In this document: positions 6,820 to 15,867 of the stretch, one piece after another
Layout of the letters: each line of letters begins with the position of its first letter
How positions within the stretch are numbered: the stretch's first letter is position 1
From: a virus
Lineage: Duplodnaviria > Caudoviricetes
Virus record (IMG/VR): IMGVR_UViG_3300022307_000008
Coordinates: 1-34,929 of that record
Strand: one strand, 5' to 3'
DNA: 34,929 nt
The notes under the pieces: model-generated
Database searches by the model: none
What the model saw: only the letters and a program-made list of their open reading frames with translations
What the model was told of the DNA's origin: nothing
Made by a program: the position numbers and the translations under genes

Positions 6820-8345
6820 GCCTGTCCAAAGCTGAAGAACTGGAGCTGATTGAACTACTCGAAGCAGAACAACGCGCGCAAGCCAGGAAACACCACCTTG
6901 ATTTTATGGAGTACTGCTGGCAGAAAAAATCAGAGCCTTTCACTAAAGGATTTCATACCGAAAAAATATGTGAACGTATCGATCAGGCTTTCGAAGATTT
7001 CAGGAATAATAAATCAAGTTATTTAATGATTAACGTCCACCATAGATCTGGTAAAACAGATTTACTCGGTAGATACTTGCCACCACATTTCCTTGGGGAA
7101 TTTCCTGAATACGAGGTAATGAGTACAAGCTATCAGGCTGATTTTACGCAGAAATCGACCGGCTATGCGCGAACGATCTTTAGATCTGAAGAATACCGGA
7201 GACTATACCCGAATTTAGCATTATCCAAGGAATCAAATGCGAAGTCTTACTGGGAAATCGTTGACGCGAAATTAAACAAGCCGCTTTATGGTAAATTATA
7301 CGGATCAGGATTAAAATCAGGTATTACCGGTTCAGGTGGTCACTTGGTTTTATGTGATGATCCTCTTTCTGGTCGCCAGGCTGCCGAATCACTAACTACC
7401 AGGAATACGATCTGGGATGCTGTGAAAGACGATTTATTGACTCGTGTTGCTCCTACTCATATCGTTATATTTTTATTCACCCGCTGGCATTGGGACGATC
7501 CAGGCGGGCGAATAATCGAAGCCATGAAGAAAGACAAAGATTTTCCACGGTTCGAAGTTATGGAATTCCCTGCTAAAGCTGAAGATTATCGCGGTCCTGG
7601 GAAATATCCTAAAAAGTATTTATTTCTTGACAGATATCCAGAATCATGGTATATTACACAATATGCAACGCTTGGAAGATATTCATCCGGCGCGCTGCTT
7701 GACTGTAATCCACAGCCGAGAGATGGCGGAATTTTATCAACTGACGGGATTGTATACGAGCCAACTGATTTATGGCCTGATTTTGTATCCAATAGATGGA
7801 TGCGAGTATGGGACTTAGCGCACACAGCCAAGCAGATATCAAGCGATGATCCTGATTATACAGCTGGATCATTGATACACTTTGAAAAGCAGGGAACCGA
7901 CCCTATACCACATTTATACATTAAAGATGTTAAGCGTATTCGGGAGAATCCTGCAAAGCGTGACAAGTTTATTAAAATGGTCGCAACTGCTGACGGTCCT
8001 TATATTAAACAAGGCGTTGAAAATTCGGTTGAATCGAAAGATGCCTATGATTATTTAGCGCATGCCATGCCTGAACTGTCATGGGTACCGATCAATATTA
8101 GAGGCGATAAGGCAACGAAAGCCGGGCCATTAGCGCCGATATTCGAGGCGCCTGGCCATGTTCATCTTCCTGAAGGTGCAGCCTGGATAGATGATTGGCT
8201 GAATGAGTTGTTAAGATTTGACGGACTTGGCCAGGATCATGATGATCAGATGGATAATTTATCAGCTGGTTATTTTTGCTTAATGGCTGGCGGTATTAAA
8301 ATGAGTGAGCAACGACGGCGAGAGATGAAGGAAAGGAGAGGTTAA
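6816..8345 (+). CDS. terL: terminase large subunit
   Basis: Walker A-like HHRSGKT, Walker B LVLCDDP, coupling motif TRW, nuclease WDLA...HDDQMD. Confidence 0.93.
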   Translation: MSLSKAEELELIELLEAEQRAQARKHHLDFMEYCWQKKSEPFTKGFHTEKICERIDQAFEDFRNNKSSYLMINVHHRSGKTDLLGRYLPPHFLGEFPEYEVMSTSYQADFTQKSTGYARTIFRSEEYRRLYPNLALSKESNAKSYWEIVDAKLNKPLYGKLYGSGLKSGITGSGGHLVLCDDPLSGRQAAESLTTRNTIWDAVKDDLLTRVAPTHIVIFLFTRWHWDDPGGRIIEAMKKDKDFPRFEVMEFPAKAEDYRGPGKYPKKYLFLDRYPESWYITQYATLGRYSSGALLDCNPQPRDGGILSTDGIVYEPTDLWPDFVSNRWMRVWDLAHTAKQISSDDPDYTAGSLIHFEKQGTDPIPHLYIKDVKRIRENPAKRDKFIKMVATADGPYIKQGVENSVESKDAYDYLAHAMPELSWVPINIRGDKATKAGPLAPIFEAPGHVHLPEGAAWIDDWLNELLRFDGLGQDHDDQMDNLSAGYFCLMAGGIKMSEQRRREMKERRG

Positions 8346-8515
8346 TGAAAATTAAAATTATTTTAAGCACAGGAAAAGAAATAGAACTTACAAGAGAGGA
8401 ATTTGATGAATTAAAGGACAATTTTAAAATAATTGTTTATCAAACAGCACCTGTTTACAATCCAAATAGTCCATTTTATCAAATACCGGAATTAACCTGC
8501 GGGGCTACATCATGA
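8345..8515 (+). CDS. hypothetical protein (56 aa)
   Basis: Manual: MKIKIILSTGKEIELTREEFDELKDNF...; TAATG and ATGA coupling. Confidence 0.55.
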   Translation: MKIKIILSTGKEIELTREEFDELKDNFKIIVYQTAPVYNPNSPFYQIPELTCGATS

Positions 8516-8754
8516 GCCATAAGGAAAATTTTGCAAACTGCGAGGTAGCCGGACATAACCCGCGAATATTTGACGATCATCAGTGTATTTGCCTTTACTG
8601 CGGAAAGATGATCAAGAATACTGACTTGACTGACCGTGAAGTGAAAATCGTTGATTATTATAATAACCATGTTTCACAAGATCGATGGGCTTATGATTAC
8701 ACAACCAACGATAGCGGGAAAGATATCAGGGTTTCTGATAAGATGGATTATTAA
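8512..8754 (+). CDS. hypothetical protein, possible Zn binding (C..H..C.CxxC)
   Basis: 80-aa coupled ORF. Confidence 0.55.
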   Translation: MSHKENFANCEVAGHNPRIFDDHQCICLYCGKMIKNTDLTDREVKIVDYYNNHVSQDRWAYDYTTNDSGKDIRVSDKMDY

Positions 8755-8757
8755 GTC

Positions 8758-9546
8758 ATGAAAATCCTAACCGTTCAATTCGACCCTGGAAAATCAAACT
8801 ATTATAAACGGCTTTATGATGTTTTCAAAGTATCTGTTGAAAGAAATATTCCTGGAGCCGATTTCGTTAACATCAGAATTCCATGCCCAGAGCGCGTGAC
8901 AAGTGTTGCGAAAAACCTGACCTATAACACGGAAAAATTAAACATCTGGGCTGATTATGTCAAAAATACCGATGATGATATTATCCTGGCTGACTGTGAT
9001 ATGCTTTGCACTGGAGATCCTTCAAGAATTTTCTTGACAAATTTTGATATTGGTATTACATTTAAGACATGCGAGATTAAAAAGTCTCCCATGAACGGCG
9101 GGATCGTATTTGTTAAGAATACAGAGAAAGCCACTAATTTTATAGAGCTTTGGCGAGATGTCAACGCTCAGATGTATAAAGACAGACATTTTCACATTGA
9201 ATGGCAAAATAAATATCTTGGTATGAACCAAGCGGCTTTCGGTTATATTTACGAAATATTGAAACCGGAATTAACAATGCTTGAACTACCAACGATAAAA
9301 TATAATGCTGTTGATTGTGACTGGAAAAACGTGGATGAAGATACATTTTTTATTCACATTAAATCAGAGCTTAGGAGAATGGTTTTAATGAACATGGAAC
9401 CTGACCGGGAATTTGCATATTGTATGCGCGAATGGTATAAATACCAGGCTTTAGTCCCAGAAGAGGCTCCAATCGTTAAGCAACCGAAGCTTAAGAATCA
9501 GAAAATAAAATATAGACGCATAAGGCGTCGCGGGAGGCGGATATGA
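8758..9546 (+). CDS. GT-A fold glycosyltransferase 1 (nucleotide-diphospho-sugar transferase-like)
   Basis: DxD (LADCD), MNGGIVFVK, NQAAF, late HIK; basic C-terminal tail. Confidence 0.8.
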   Translation: MKILTVQFDPGKSNYYKRLYDVFKVSVERNIPGADFVNIRIPCPERVTSVAKNLTYNTEKLNIWADYVKNTDDDIILADCDMLCTGDPSRIFLTNFDIGITFKTCEIKKSPMNGGIVFVKNTEKATNFIELWRDVNAQMYKDRHFHIEWQNKYLGMNQAAFGYIYEILKPELTMLELPTIKYNAVDCDWKNVDEDTFFIHIKSELRRMVLMNMEPDREFAYCMREWYKYQALVPEEAPIVKQPKLKNQKIKYRRIRRRGRRI

Positions 9547-9743
9547 AAATAAGAATCGGTAATATGTGGTTTAGTTCAGATGATATTCCTGTGTCAGTAG
9601 AATTCGACGATCAGGAATGGAAAGAAACTGGGTCAACTTATAAAAAGCTGGCAGCGTTTCCGGATTCCATGTATTTTTCAGAGAAAGAAAAACAGGATTT
9701 TCTCGATGGCGAGATGATTAAAGTAGGAGGACCAAATGAATAA
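9543..9743 (+). CDS. hypothetical protein
   Basis: 66-aa coupled ORF, GGGAGG RBS. Confidence 0.6.
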   Translation: MKIRIGNMWFSSDDIPVSVEFDDQEWKETGSTYKKLAAFPDSMYFSEKEKQDFLDGEMIKVGGPNE

Positions 9744-9903
9744 TAAAATGACACGAACAATCAGAGACAAGGCCGAACAATACATCAGGAGAGATGTCAG
9801 GAAATGGCACAAAGACCTAAAGGCCAAGAAAGACAACTGGATGATTGCTTCCATCACTGAAGCTGTAATCATTATTATTCTTGCTGTAATTATATTATTA
9901 TGA
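9736..9903 (+). CDS. small protein with C-terminal TM anchor (55 aa)
   Basis: Manual: MNNKMTRTIRDKAEQYIRRDVRKWHKDLKAKKDNWMIASITEAVIIIILAVIILL; AGGAGG RBS; ATGA overlap with GT2. Confidence 0.55.
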   Translation: MNNKMTRTIRDKAEQYIRRDVRKWHKDLKAKKDNWMIASITEAVIIIILAVIILL

Positions 9904-10622
9904 AAATAATAACCGCAGTATTTGACTATCCTGGCGAAAACGAGTACTCAAGATGCCTTGCGGCGCTTGAACAATCAGTCAAAGACACGAACCCGGAAGC
10001 CGAATTCATAGCAATTCGGCTTGATCCTCCGAGCGAGTGTTATAAATGGAATAAACCGGGATGGCACAATAACCACATTAAACTAATGGCATACGCTGAA
10101 GAGTTAATCACAGAGCCTACATTCTTCGTAGACGCTGACACTATTATTCAGCGTGATCTATCAGATCTTGTCGGAGATTTCGATATTGCCATTGCAGAAC
10201 GGCCAGCAGGAGCAAACGCGCCTTTTAATCTTGGTGTTGTTTTGGTAATGCCAACCGTAAGATCAGAATTTTTTATGGACGCATGGGCTCGCACTGATAC
10301 CAAGATGCTTGAAGATTATGATTTCCACATGGAGTGGAGGCGTAAATATTCAGGCCAGAATCAATCAAGCTTCGGCTATCTGTATGAAACTATAGAGCCT
10401 GGTAAGATTGATATTAAAAAATACCCAACAAATATCATGAATGCTTGCGAGCAGGACTGGACAAAATCAGAAATATCATATATAATACATATTAAGACCA
10501 GATTAAGGGAAGCAGCCCTGTCTGATAAACCATTAAGCAAAATTAAACCGGGTTTGAGAAAACCTGTTGAAACCTGGAGGAAGTATGAACAAAAAGCCAT
10601 TGATAGCATCGGTCTGGTTTGA
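9900..10622 (+). CDS. GT-A fold glycosyltransferase 2 (paralog of GT1)
   Basis: FVDAD, FNLGVVLV, QNQSSFGY, IIHIK; colinear similarity with 8758..9546. Confidence 0.8.
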   Translation: MKIITAVFDYPGENEYSRCLAALEQSVKDTNPEAEFIAIRLDPPSECYKWNKPGWHNNHIKLMAYAEELITEPTFFVDADTIIQRDLSDLVGDFDIAIAERPAGANAPFNLGVVLVMPTVRSEFFMDAWARTDTKMLEDYDFHMEWRRKYSGQNQSSFGYLYETIEPGKIDIKKYPTNIMNACEQDWTKSEISYIIHIKTRLREAALSDKPLSKIKPGLRKPVETWRKYEQKAIDSIGLV

Positions 10623-11316
10623 CCGTCACGCAGGAATAGACAGATATTCACAATATGCTAAGGTCTGGAACTATTCAGCGAGTAAGGTATTCAGGAAATC
10701 AAATATTATTTGTAAGGCTATGGAGCCGCCTGACTATAAACAGAAATGCCCGGTTTTTTACCGTGGTAATAGAAAGATCGGACCTTCTAAGACATTATCC
10801 TGGCTGAAGAAAATTGATATCTGGATGGAACTTATGGAATCACTGCCCATCGGGCCTAAATTATTCTGTGATATTGACATTGCCTTTTTTGGGAATCCTT
10901 TTCCTGAGCTGCTTAGTTGGGATTATGATATCGGAATCTGCGGTCATAACTCAGGCGCGGTTTATTTCTCCGGATCGAAAGCTTCCCGGGAATTTATGAC
11001 ACGCTGGTGGGTAGCCACTCATAAATTATTCGAAGATCGTGAGCTATACAAAGAATATGATAAAAAATACAAAGGGCTTGATCAAGCGAGCCTGGGTTAT
11101 TTAATGGAATCCGGCGAGCATGACGCTAATGTCATACAGCTGCCACGGCGTTTCCATTCGATCTGGAATGATTATGAAGATCCATGCTATATCATGCACT
11201 ATCACAGCGCGTTGAGGTCTGCAGTCTTTCAGGATAAGGATCTTGACATTTTACCCGAAGGTGTGAGAAAATACTTCTACGCATGGCAGAAATTTCATGA
11301 AGAGGCGGGAGAATGA
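10585..11316 (+). CDS. GT-A fold glycosyltransferase 3
   Basis: FCDID, NSGAVYF, LDQASLGY, IMHYH; GGAGG RBS before ATG 10585. Confidence 0.75.
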   Translation: MNKKPLIASVWFDRHAGIDRYSQYAKVWNYSASKVFRKSNIICKAMEPPDYKQKCPVFYRGNRKIGPSKTLSWLKKIDIWMELMESLPIGPKLFCDIDIAFFGNPFPELLSWDYDIGICGHNSGAVYFSGSKASREFMTRWWVATHKLFEDRELYKEYDKKYKGLDQASLGYLMESGEHDANVIQLPRRFHSIWNDYEDPCYIMHYHSALRSAVFQDKDLDILPEGVRKYFYAWQKFHEEAGE

Positions 11317-11495
11317 TAATCTGGTCAATAATTTCACTATCAATACTGGTTATCACAGCTATTATGTTTTTTATCTGGCGCGTTATTTCAGGCGGATTGA
11401 TCTTGCTATGGGCATCGATTGTTGGATCTGGCTGCTTCTTTGTATCTGTGGCAGTGTTGCTGGCTAATATAATTTTGGAGTTAATCTTTAAATGA
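11313..11495 (+). CDS. small membrane protein
   Basis: 60 aa, almost entirely hydrophobic (two TM); ATGA coupling on both sides. Confidence 0.6.
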   Translation: MIIWSIISLSILVITAIMFFIWRVISGGLILLWASIVGSGCFFVSVAVLLANIILELIFK

Positions 11496-12067
11496 TAGTA
11501 ATAATACTTGGAATGCACAAATCTGGAACCACTTTACTTGCTAAAACATTACACGAGTCAGGAATCAATATGGGCGTGGTTGATTCCGGTGATTACCCTA
11601 AATGTAAATATGAAGATCCTGAAGTTTCCAGGATTACAAAACAATTATTATACGGATCTGATAAACGCCATTCACTTGATTTACCACATCCATTATTTGA
11701 GATCGAAGCATCTGACGAAATAATCACACAGATGAAAGATTATGTAATCAAGCGAATCAAGAAAGACAAAATCAATTGGGGTTTTAAGTTTCCAGATGTT
11801 ACGCTCTGTTATGATATTTGGCGCGATGTCTTACCGTATCACACAGCAATCGGAGTCAAGCGCGAAAGAGCCGGATTGATCAAGCATTATCAAGGACAGA
11901 AAAAATTCAATCATTCTCTTGATAAAATAAATCAAGTGTGTGATCATTACGAAGCTATGATGTATTCTTACGGCGTGCCTGTTGTAAGCTTCGAGGATAT
12001 ACTTAAAAACGGATTCGGACAAGTTGAAAATATTTTAGGAATTAAATTAAAAGATTGCAGGAGGTAA
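11492..12067 (+). CDS. PAPS-dependent sulfotransferase family protein
   Basis: N-terminal 5'-PSB loop IILGMHKSGTTLLA, WGFKFP motif, late V.FED. Confidence 0.75.
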   Translation: MIVIILGMHKSGTTLLAKTLHESGINMGVVDSGDYPKCKYEDPEVSRITKQLLYGSDKRHSLDLPHPLFEIEASDEIITQMKDYVIKRIKKDKINWGFKFPDVTLCYDIWRDVLPYHTAIGVKRERAGLIKHYQGQKKFNHSLDKINQVCDHYEAMMYSYGVPVVSFEDILKNGFGQVENILGIKLKDCRR

Positions 12068-12171
12068 ACAAAATTAAAAAAGATGAACTAATTGCATTTA
12101 TATTCATATTATGTTTCATCGTTGTTTTTTTCTGCTATTTTATTGTGAATAATTTGAATTAAGGAGTAACC

Positions 12172-12711
12172 ATGGGAAAAAGAAGCCACGAAATAGCGCG
12201 ACATTTCGACCCTAAACGGATAATCATCGGCGCTGAAATCGGAGTAAGATTCGGAAAAAATGCTGAACAATTGTTGGGAATTCTCCCCAGACTTGACCTT
12301 TTATTGGTTGATCGTTGGGAAAAACCACCAGAGGGAGACAGTTTTTATAATTCAGGTGATGGAATCGCACAGCGTCCAGCCGGACACCTGAGAAAAGCCT
12401 ATTATGAAACACTTCGAAGGACAGAACGATATAAGGACAGAATCCACATTAAAAAAATGTCCTCCTTTGAAGCAGCTCAACAAGTACCAGACAAAACATA
12501 TGATTTTGTTTTTATTGACGCAGACCATAGCTATGATGGGGTAAAAAGTGATATAATTAACTGGCTACCCAAAGTTAAAATTGGTGGTATCCTTTGCGGG
12601 CACGATTATAACCATCCCAGGATAGGGGAAGTCAAAAGAGCTGTGGATGAAATGTTTGATGAAGTTGAGCTTGGCGAAGATATGACCTGGTTTTATATCA
12701 GGAGGAAATAA
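12172..12711 (+). CDS. class I SAM-dependent methyltransferase (Methyltransf_24-like, probably O-methyltransferase)
   Basis: AEIGV..G, VD.W, DFVFIDADHSY, W...K.GG.L.GHDY. Confidence 0.88.
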   Translation: MGKRSHEIARHFDPKRIIIGAEIGVRFGKNAEQLLGILPRLDLLLVDRWEKPPEGDSFYNSGDGIAQRPAGHLRKAYYETLRRTERYKDRIHIKKMSSFEAAQQVPDKTYDFVFIDADHSYDGVKSDIINWLPKVKIGGILCGHDYNHPRIGEVKRAVDEMFDEVELGEDMTWFYIRRK

Positions 12712-14124
12712 ATGGGCTTATTCAATTTTTTTAAATCAAAAGATACTGTTGACGCAGCCGATGTCACAAAGCGTGAAGCACGCAGGCCGAAAGAAACTGA
12801 CTGGACTGATTCTTATACTATAAATTATGAATTGACTCACGGGCTTTATCATAATACTTATCCAGGTTTCAAGCTGGCTGGTGGCTTGGCGTTCCCGCCA
12901 ATCGCTATTCCTGCATGGTTTATGGGGCTTCCTGTTCCTGAACCGATTGATAAGAAAGATAAACAGACCAGTGAAGAGCTGGCCGAGCTTGTAGACGAAT
13001 TCGAGCTTGATATTATGCAAATCAATCTACAATGTCACAGGGACGGAACAATATGGGTATGGCCGAAATGGTCAACCAAGCAAAATAAACTTGTTTGGGA
13101 ATTCATCCTGGATGATTCTATATCTGATATTATCCGCGATGTTGAAACCGGCCAAATAATTCAGATAATCACTGATGAAAATCTCAAGATAAGAACCGGT
13201 TATAATCGTGTTTCTTATGTTCGAAGAACTCGATATTTTACAAGATCAAGGGTTGATATTATCTGGAGCGCTGGAAAAACTGCGGTTCCTGAAGTCTTAA
13301 GAGATAAATCAATGCGAAATCCGCTTGGAATCATGCCTATACCTTTTGCCAATAATGCAAATATTAACGAGGTCCGCGGTCATTCAGACTATGAACGAAT
13401 AATCACAGACCTGAAAGATTATCATGATATTGACCTGGCGCGATCAAACATGCTGGCAAAGTTTAAAGTTAAAATGATTCAAGACGTTGTTGATGTTGAT
13501 ACATGGTTGGCCAATAATGGATTCGATTCAATAAGTGATATTGATATTTCACAAATCGATATGATATTTAATTTGAAAGATCGTGAATCAACAGATTTTG
13601 CATATCCAGAGCGAGCCCATGAAGCATACAGCGAAACACTGAAGCAGAAATTTCAAAAGATAGTTGAAGCGTCAGGGGTTCCTGAAATAGCATGGGGACT
13701 TAAAACCGAAGGTAACAACGCGTCAGTTGAAGAGTCAATGAGCGCGCTCGTGATGTATGTCCATGATAAACAGAATCAGAAGACTGAACCGTTTACACAG
13801 CTGTTTACTGACAGTCTAAGAATTAAACGCTTTGTAAATTTCAGCCGTGATGAAACGCCGATTCACGTTATCTGGAATGATCTTGACTCGCTCAGCGAGC
13901 AAACCAAAGCTGTTGTATTTGAGAAATTCGCCAACGGTGTTTCAAGCCTGGTTAATTCTGCCAGTGTTACCAAAGAAACATTATTTAAAATTTGGAAACA
14001 GATGTACCCTAAAGCAGTTGAGGACGATTTTAATAAATTTATTATAGGATTATCAGATATGGGAAGCCACGTTCAATGGAAAGGCGCTTCATATACTGAG
14101 ACATTGGATTTTACATCCGATTAA
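12712..14124 (+). CDS. portal protein
   Basis: 470 aa, MGLFNFFK start, ASGVPEIAWG motif; position between terL and head genes. Confidence 0.75.
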   Translation: MGLFNFFKSKDTVDAADVTKREARRPKETDWTDSYTINYELTHGLYHNTYPGFKLAGGLAFPPIAIPAWFMGLPVPEPIDKKDKQTSEELAELVDEFELDIMQINLQCHRDGTIWVWPKWSTKQNKLVWEFILDDSISDIIRDVETGQIIQIITDENLKIRTGYNRVSYVRRTRYFTRSRVDIIWSAGKTAVPEVLRDKSMRNPLGIMPIPFANNANINEVRGHSDYERIITDLKDYHDIDLARSNMLAKFKVKMIQDVVDVDTWLANNGFDSISDIDISQIDMIFNLKDRESTDFAYPERAHEAYSETLKQKFQKIVEASGVPEIAWGLKTEGNNASVEESMSALVMYVHDKQNQKTEPFTQLFTDSLRIKRFVNFSRDETPIHVIWNDLDSLSEQTKAVVFEKFANGVSSLVNSASVTKETLFKIWKQMYPKAVEDDFNKFIIGLSDMGSHVQWKGASYTETLDFTSD

Positions 14125-14147
14125 GAAACCACACAGGAGGACTAAGA

Positions 14148-14897
14148 ATGAAAGATGTTTTAATCATCGGTTATGGCGTAGTTGGCCAGAACATGCACAA
14201 AATTTTTACACAATCAGACATTGCAGATCCAGCAAAAGGATACAAGCCAAATAAAAAACATTATGATTTAGCTTTCGTATGCGTACCAACCGAGATGAAA
14301 AAAGATGGCAGCTGTGACACCTGGATTGTCGAAGAAGTAATCGAAGAATACAGCGATATTGTCGATGTGTTCTGTATAAAATCAACGATACCACCTGGAA
14401 CAGTTGAGAAAAAACTTTATAATAATTGTGTTTTTTCTCCGGAATATTTTGGCGAAACGATCCACGCTAACGGCTATGAGTATGATTTTTTAATCCTTGG
14501 TGGTGAAAAATCTTTGATGTCAAAAGTAGCGGCTGTTTATAAGGAAGTCATGCACTCAAATATCAAGATTGTTTTCACTGATTCAACAACCGCAGAATTG
14601 ACAAAATATATGGAAAATTGCTGGCTTGCTGCAAAGGTTACATTCTGTAATGAATTTTACAGGATAGCCAATAAAATCGGCGTTGACTATAATGTTCTTC
14701 GCGAACTTTGGTTGATGGACCCGAGAATCAATAGAAGCCACACCTTTGTTTTTGATGATCAGCCATATTATCAATCACATTGTCTTGATAAAGACATTCC
14801 AGGGCTTATCGAGTTTGCGAAGTCTAAGAATATGCAGCCTGATTTTATGCAATCAGTCTTTGAGGTAAACCAGAAGCACAAGAATGACAAAAGCTGA
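14148..14897 (+). CDS. UDP-glucose/GDP-mannose dehydrogenase family protein (short form)
   Basis: IIGYGVVG, CVPT, IKSTIPPG, SPEY, AELTKYMEN...NEF, DPRI, catalytic CLDKD. Confidence 0.88.
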   Translation: MKDVLIIGYGVVGQNMHKIFTQSDIADPAKGYKPNKKHYDLAFVCVPTEMKKDGSCDTWIVEEVIEEYSDIVDVFCIKSTIPPGTVEKKLYNNCVFSPEYFGETIHANGYEYDFLILGGEKSLMSKVAAVYKEVMHSNIKIVFTDSTTAELTKYMENCWLAAKVTFCNEFYRIANKIGVDYNVLRELWLMDPRINRSHTFVFDDQPYYQSHCLDKDIPGLIEFAKSKNMQPDFMQSVFEVNQKHKNDKS

Positions 14898-15864
14898 ATA
14901 TAGCCGGCTATACCGGCAAGCACGAAAAAGTTTCCCAGGAATAACTCAAAAGGCAATGACCGAGCTTAAGCGAACATATATTGAAGCTGGTAAACTCGCA
15001 GCCGCTGAAGTTAGGAAAGCCGAGCTTGCCGGCTTGTCGGATTTAACTATTAAATCCTGGCAAAATATCGAAAGACAACTTGAAGAAGGCGCGCGGATAA
15101 TCAGAGATAACCTTGAAAAGGGTATTTATAATACATCATCGCTTGGAATTTCAAAAACCAGCGCGATAAATCAAGATTATTTAATCGACGCTTTCAAGGA
15201 TATTGATCAGACCAAGATCACTCAGACAGGGATTAAAAACCTTTTTAGGTCAGTCAATACGCGTGTTGTTACTTCGATTGCATCAAGAGTATATCAAGAC
15301 GGTTACACTTTTGCTGATCGTATATGGAATGCAGGACTAGATTATCAGAAAAAAATAAAAGATGTTATTACGTCCGGCCTTGCCCAGGGCCGCGACGTTA
15401 TTAAAATTGCAAAAGACATTCAGGTTTATATCAAAGATGGAAAAATATCACTTGTGAATCGATACGGCAGTTTAAAACGCGGTACAAGTGGATTTATAAA
15501 AAGGATAGGTGATAAAGTTGATTACAGAGCTTTGAGGCTTGTCAGATCAGAATTATATCAATCATTACAGATAGCATCAGCTGAACAAGGCCGAGTGAAC
15601 CCTGGCGCGGTTGATATGTATGAATGGCTATTGAGTCCTGGCCGTCAGCATTGGGGCTGCGCATGTCCTGAAAACGCCGCGAATTCACCTTATACCTTGC
15701 AAGATCTTCCAGATTATCCACATCCTCACTGCGTGTGTGATATCAGGCCAGTATTGCGTGATAGAAAGCAATTTGTAGAAGATCTCAAGCGCTGGTCTAA
15801 CTTTGAACCAGTTGATTATCTCGATAAGTGGTATAGACAAGATTATCAATATATGGTATCATGA
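14884..15864 (+). CDS. minor head / head morphogenesis protein (Mu gpF / SPP1 gp7-like)
   Basis: RLVRSE, CxC, PxxPHPHCxC C-terminal motif; position after portal. Confidence 0.8.
   Translation: MTKAEYSRLYRQARKSFPGITQKAMTELKRTYIEAGKLAAAEVRKAELAGLSDLTIKSWQNIERQLEEGARIIRDNLEKGIYNTSSLGISKTSAINQDYLIDAFKDIDQTKITQTGIKNLFRSVNTRVVTSIASRVYQDGYTFADRIWNAGLDYQKKIKDVITSGLAQGRDVIKIAKDIQVYIKDGKISLVNRYGSLKRGTSGFIKRIGDKVDYRALRLVRSELYQSLQIASAEQGRVNPGAVDMYEWLLSPGRQHWGCACPENAANSPYTLQDLPDYPHPHCVCDIRPVLRDRKQFVEDLKRWSNFEPVDYLDKWYRQDYQYMVS
15834..15862 (+). promoter_or_regulatory. sigma70-type promoter, probably leaderless
   Basis: TAGACA-17 nt-TATCAT with extended TG, 5 nt before ATG 15868, no SD. Confidence 0.5.
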
Positions 15865-15867
15865 GTT

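Noticed and set aside
8758-12711. GtrABC-type serotype conversion cassette
   Set aside because: No flippase, bactoprenol transferase or polytopic GT; the genes are coupled into the late operon rather than forming an independent moron.
12172-12711. DNA methyltransferase
   Set aside because: Lacks DPPY/NPPY and PCQ motifs; the IDADH pattern fits small-molecule or sugar O-methyltransferases.
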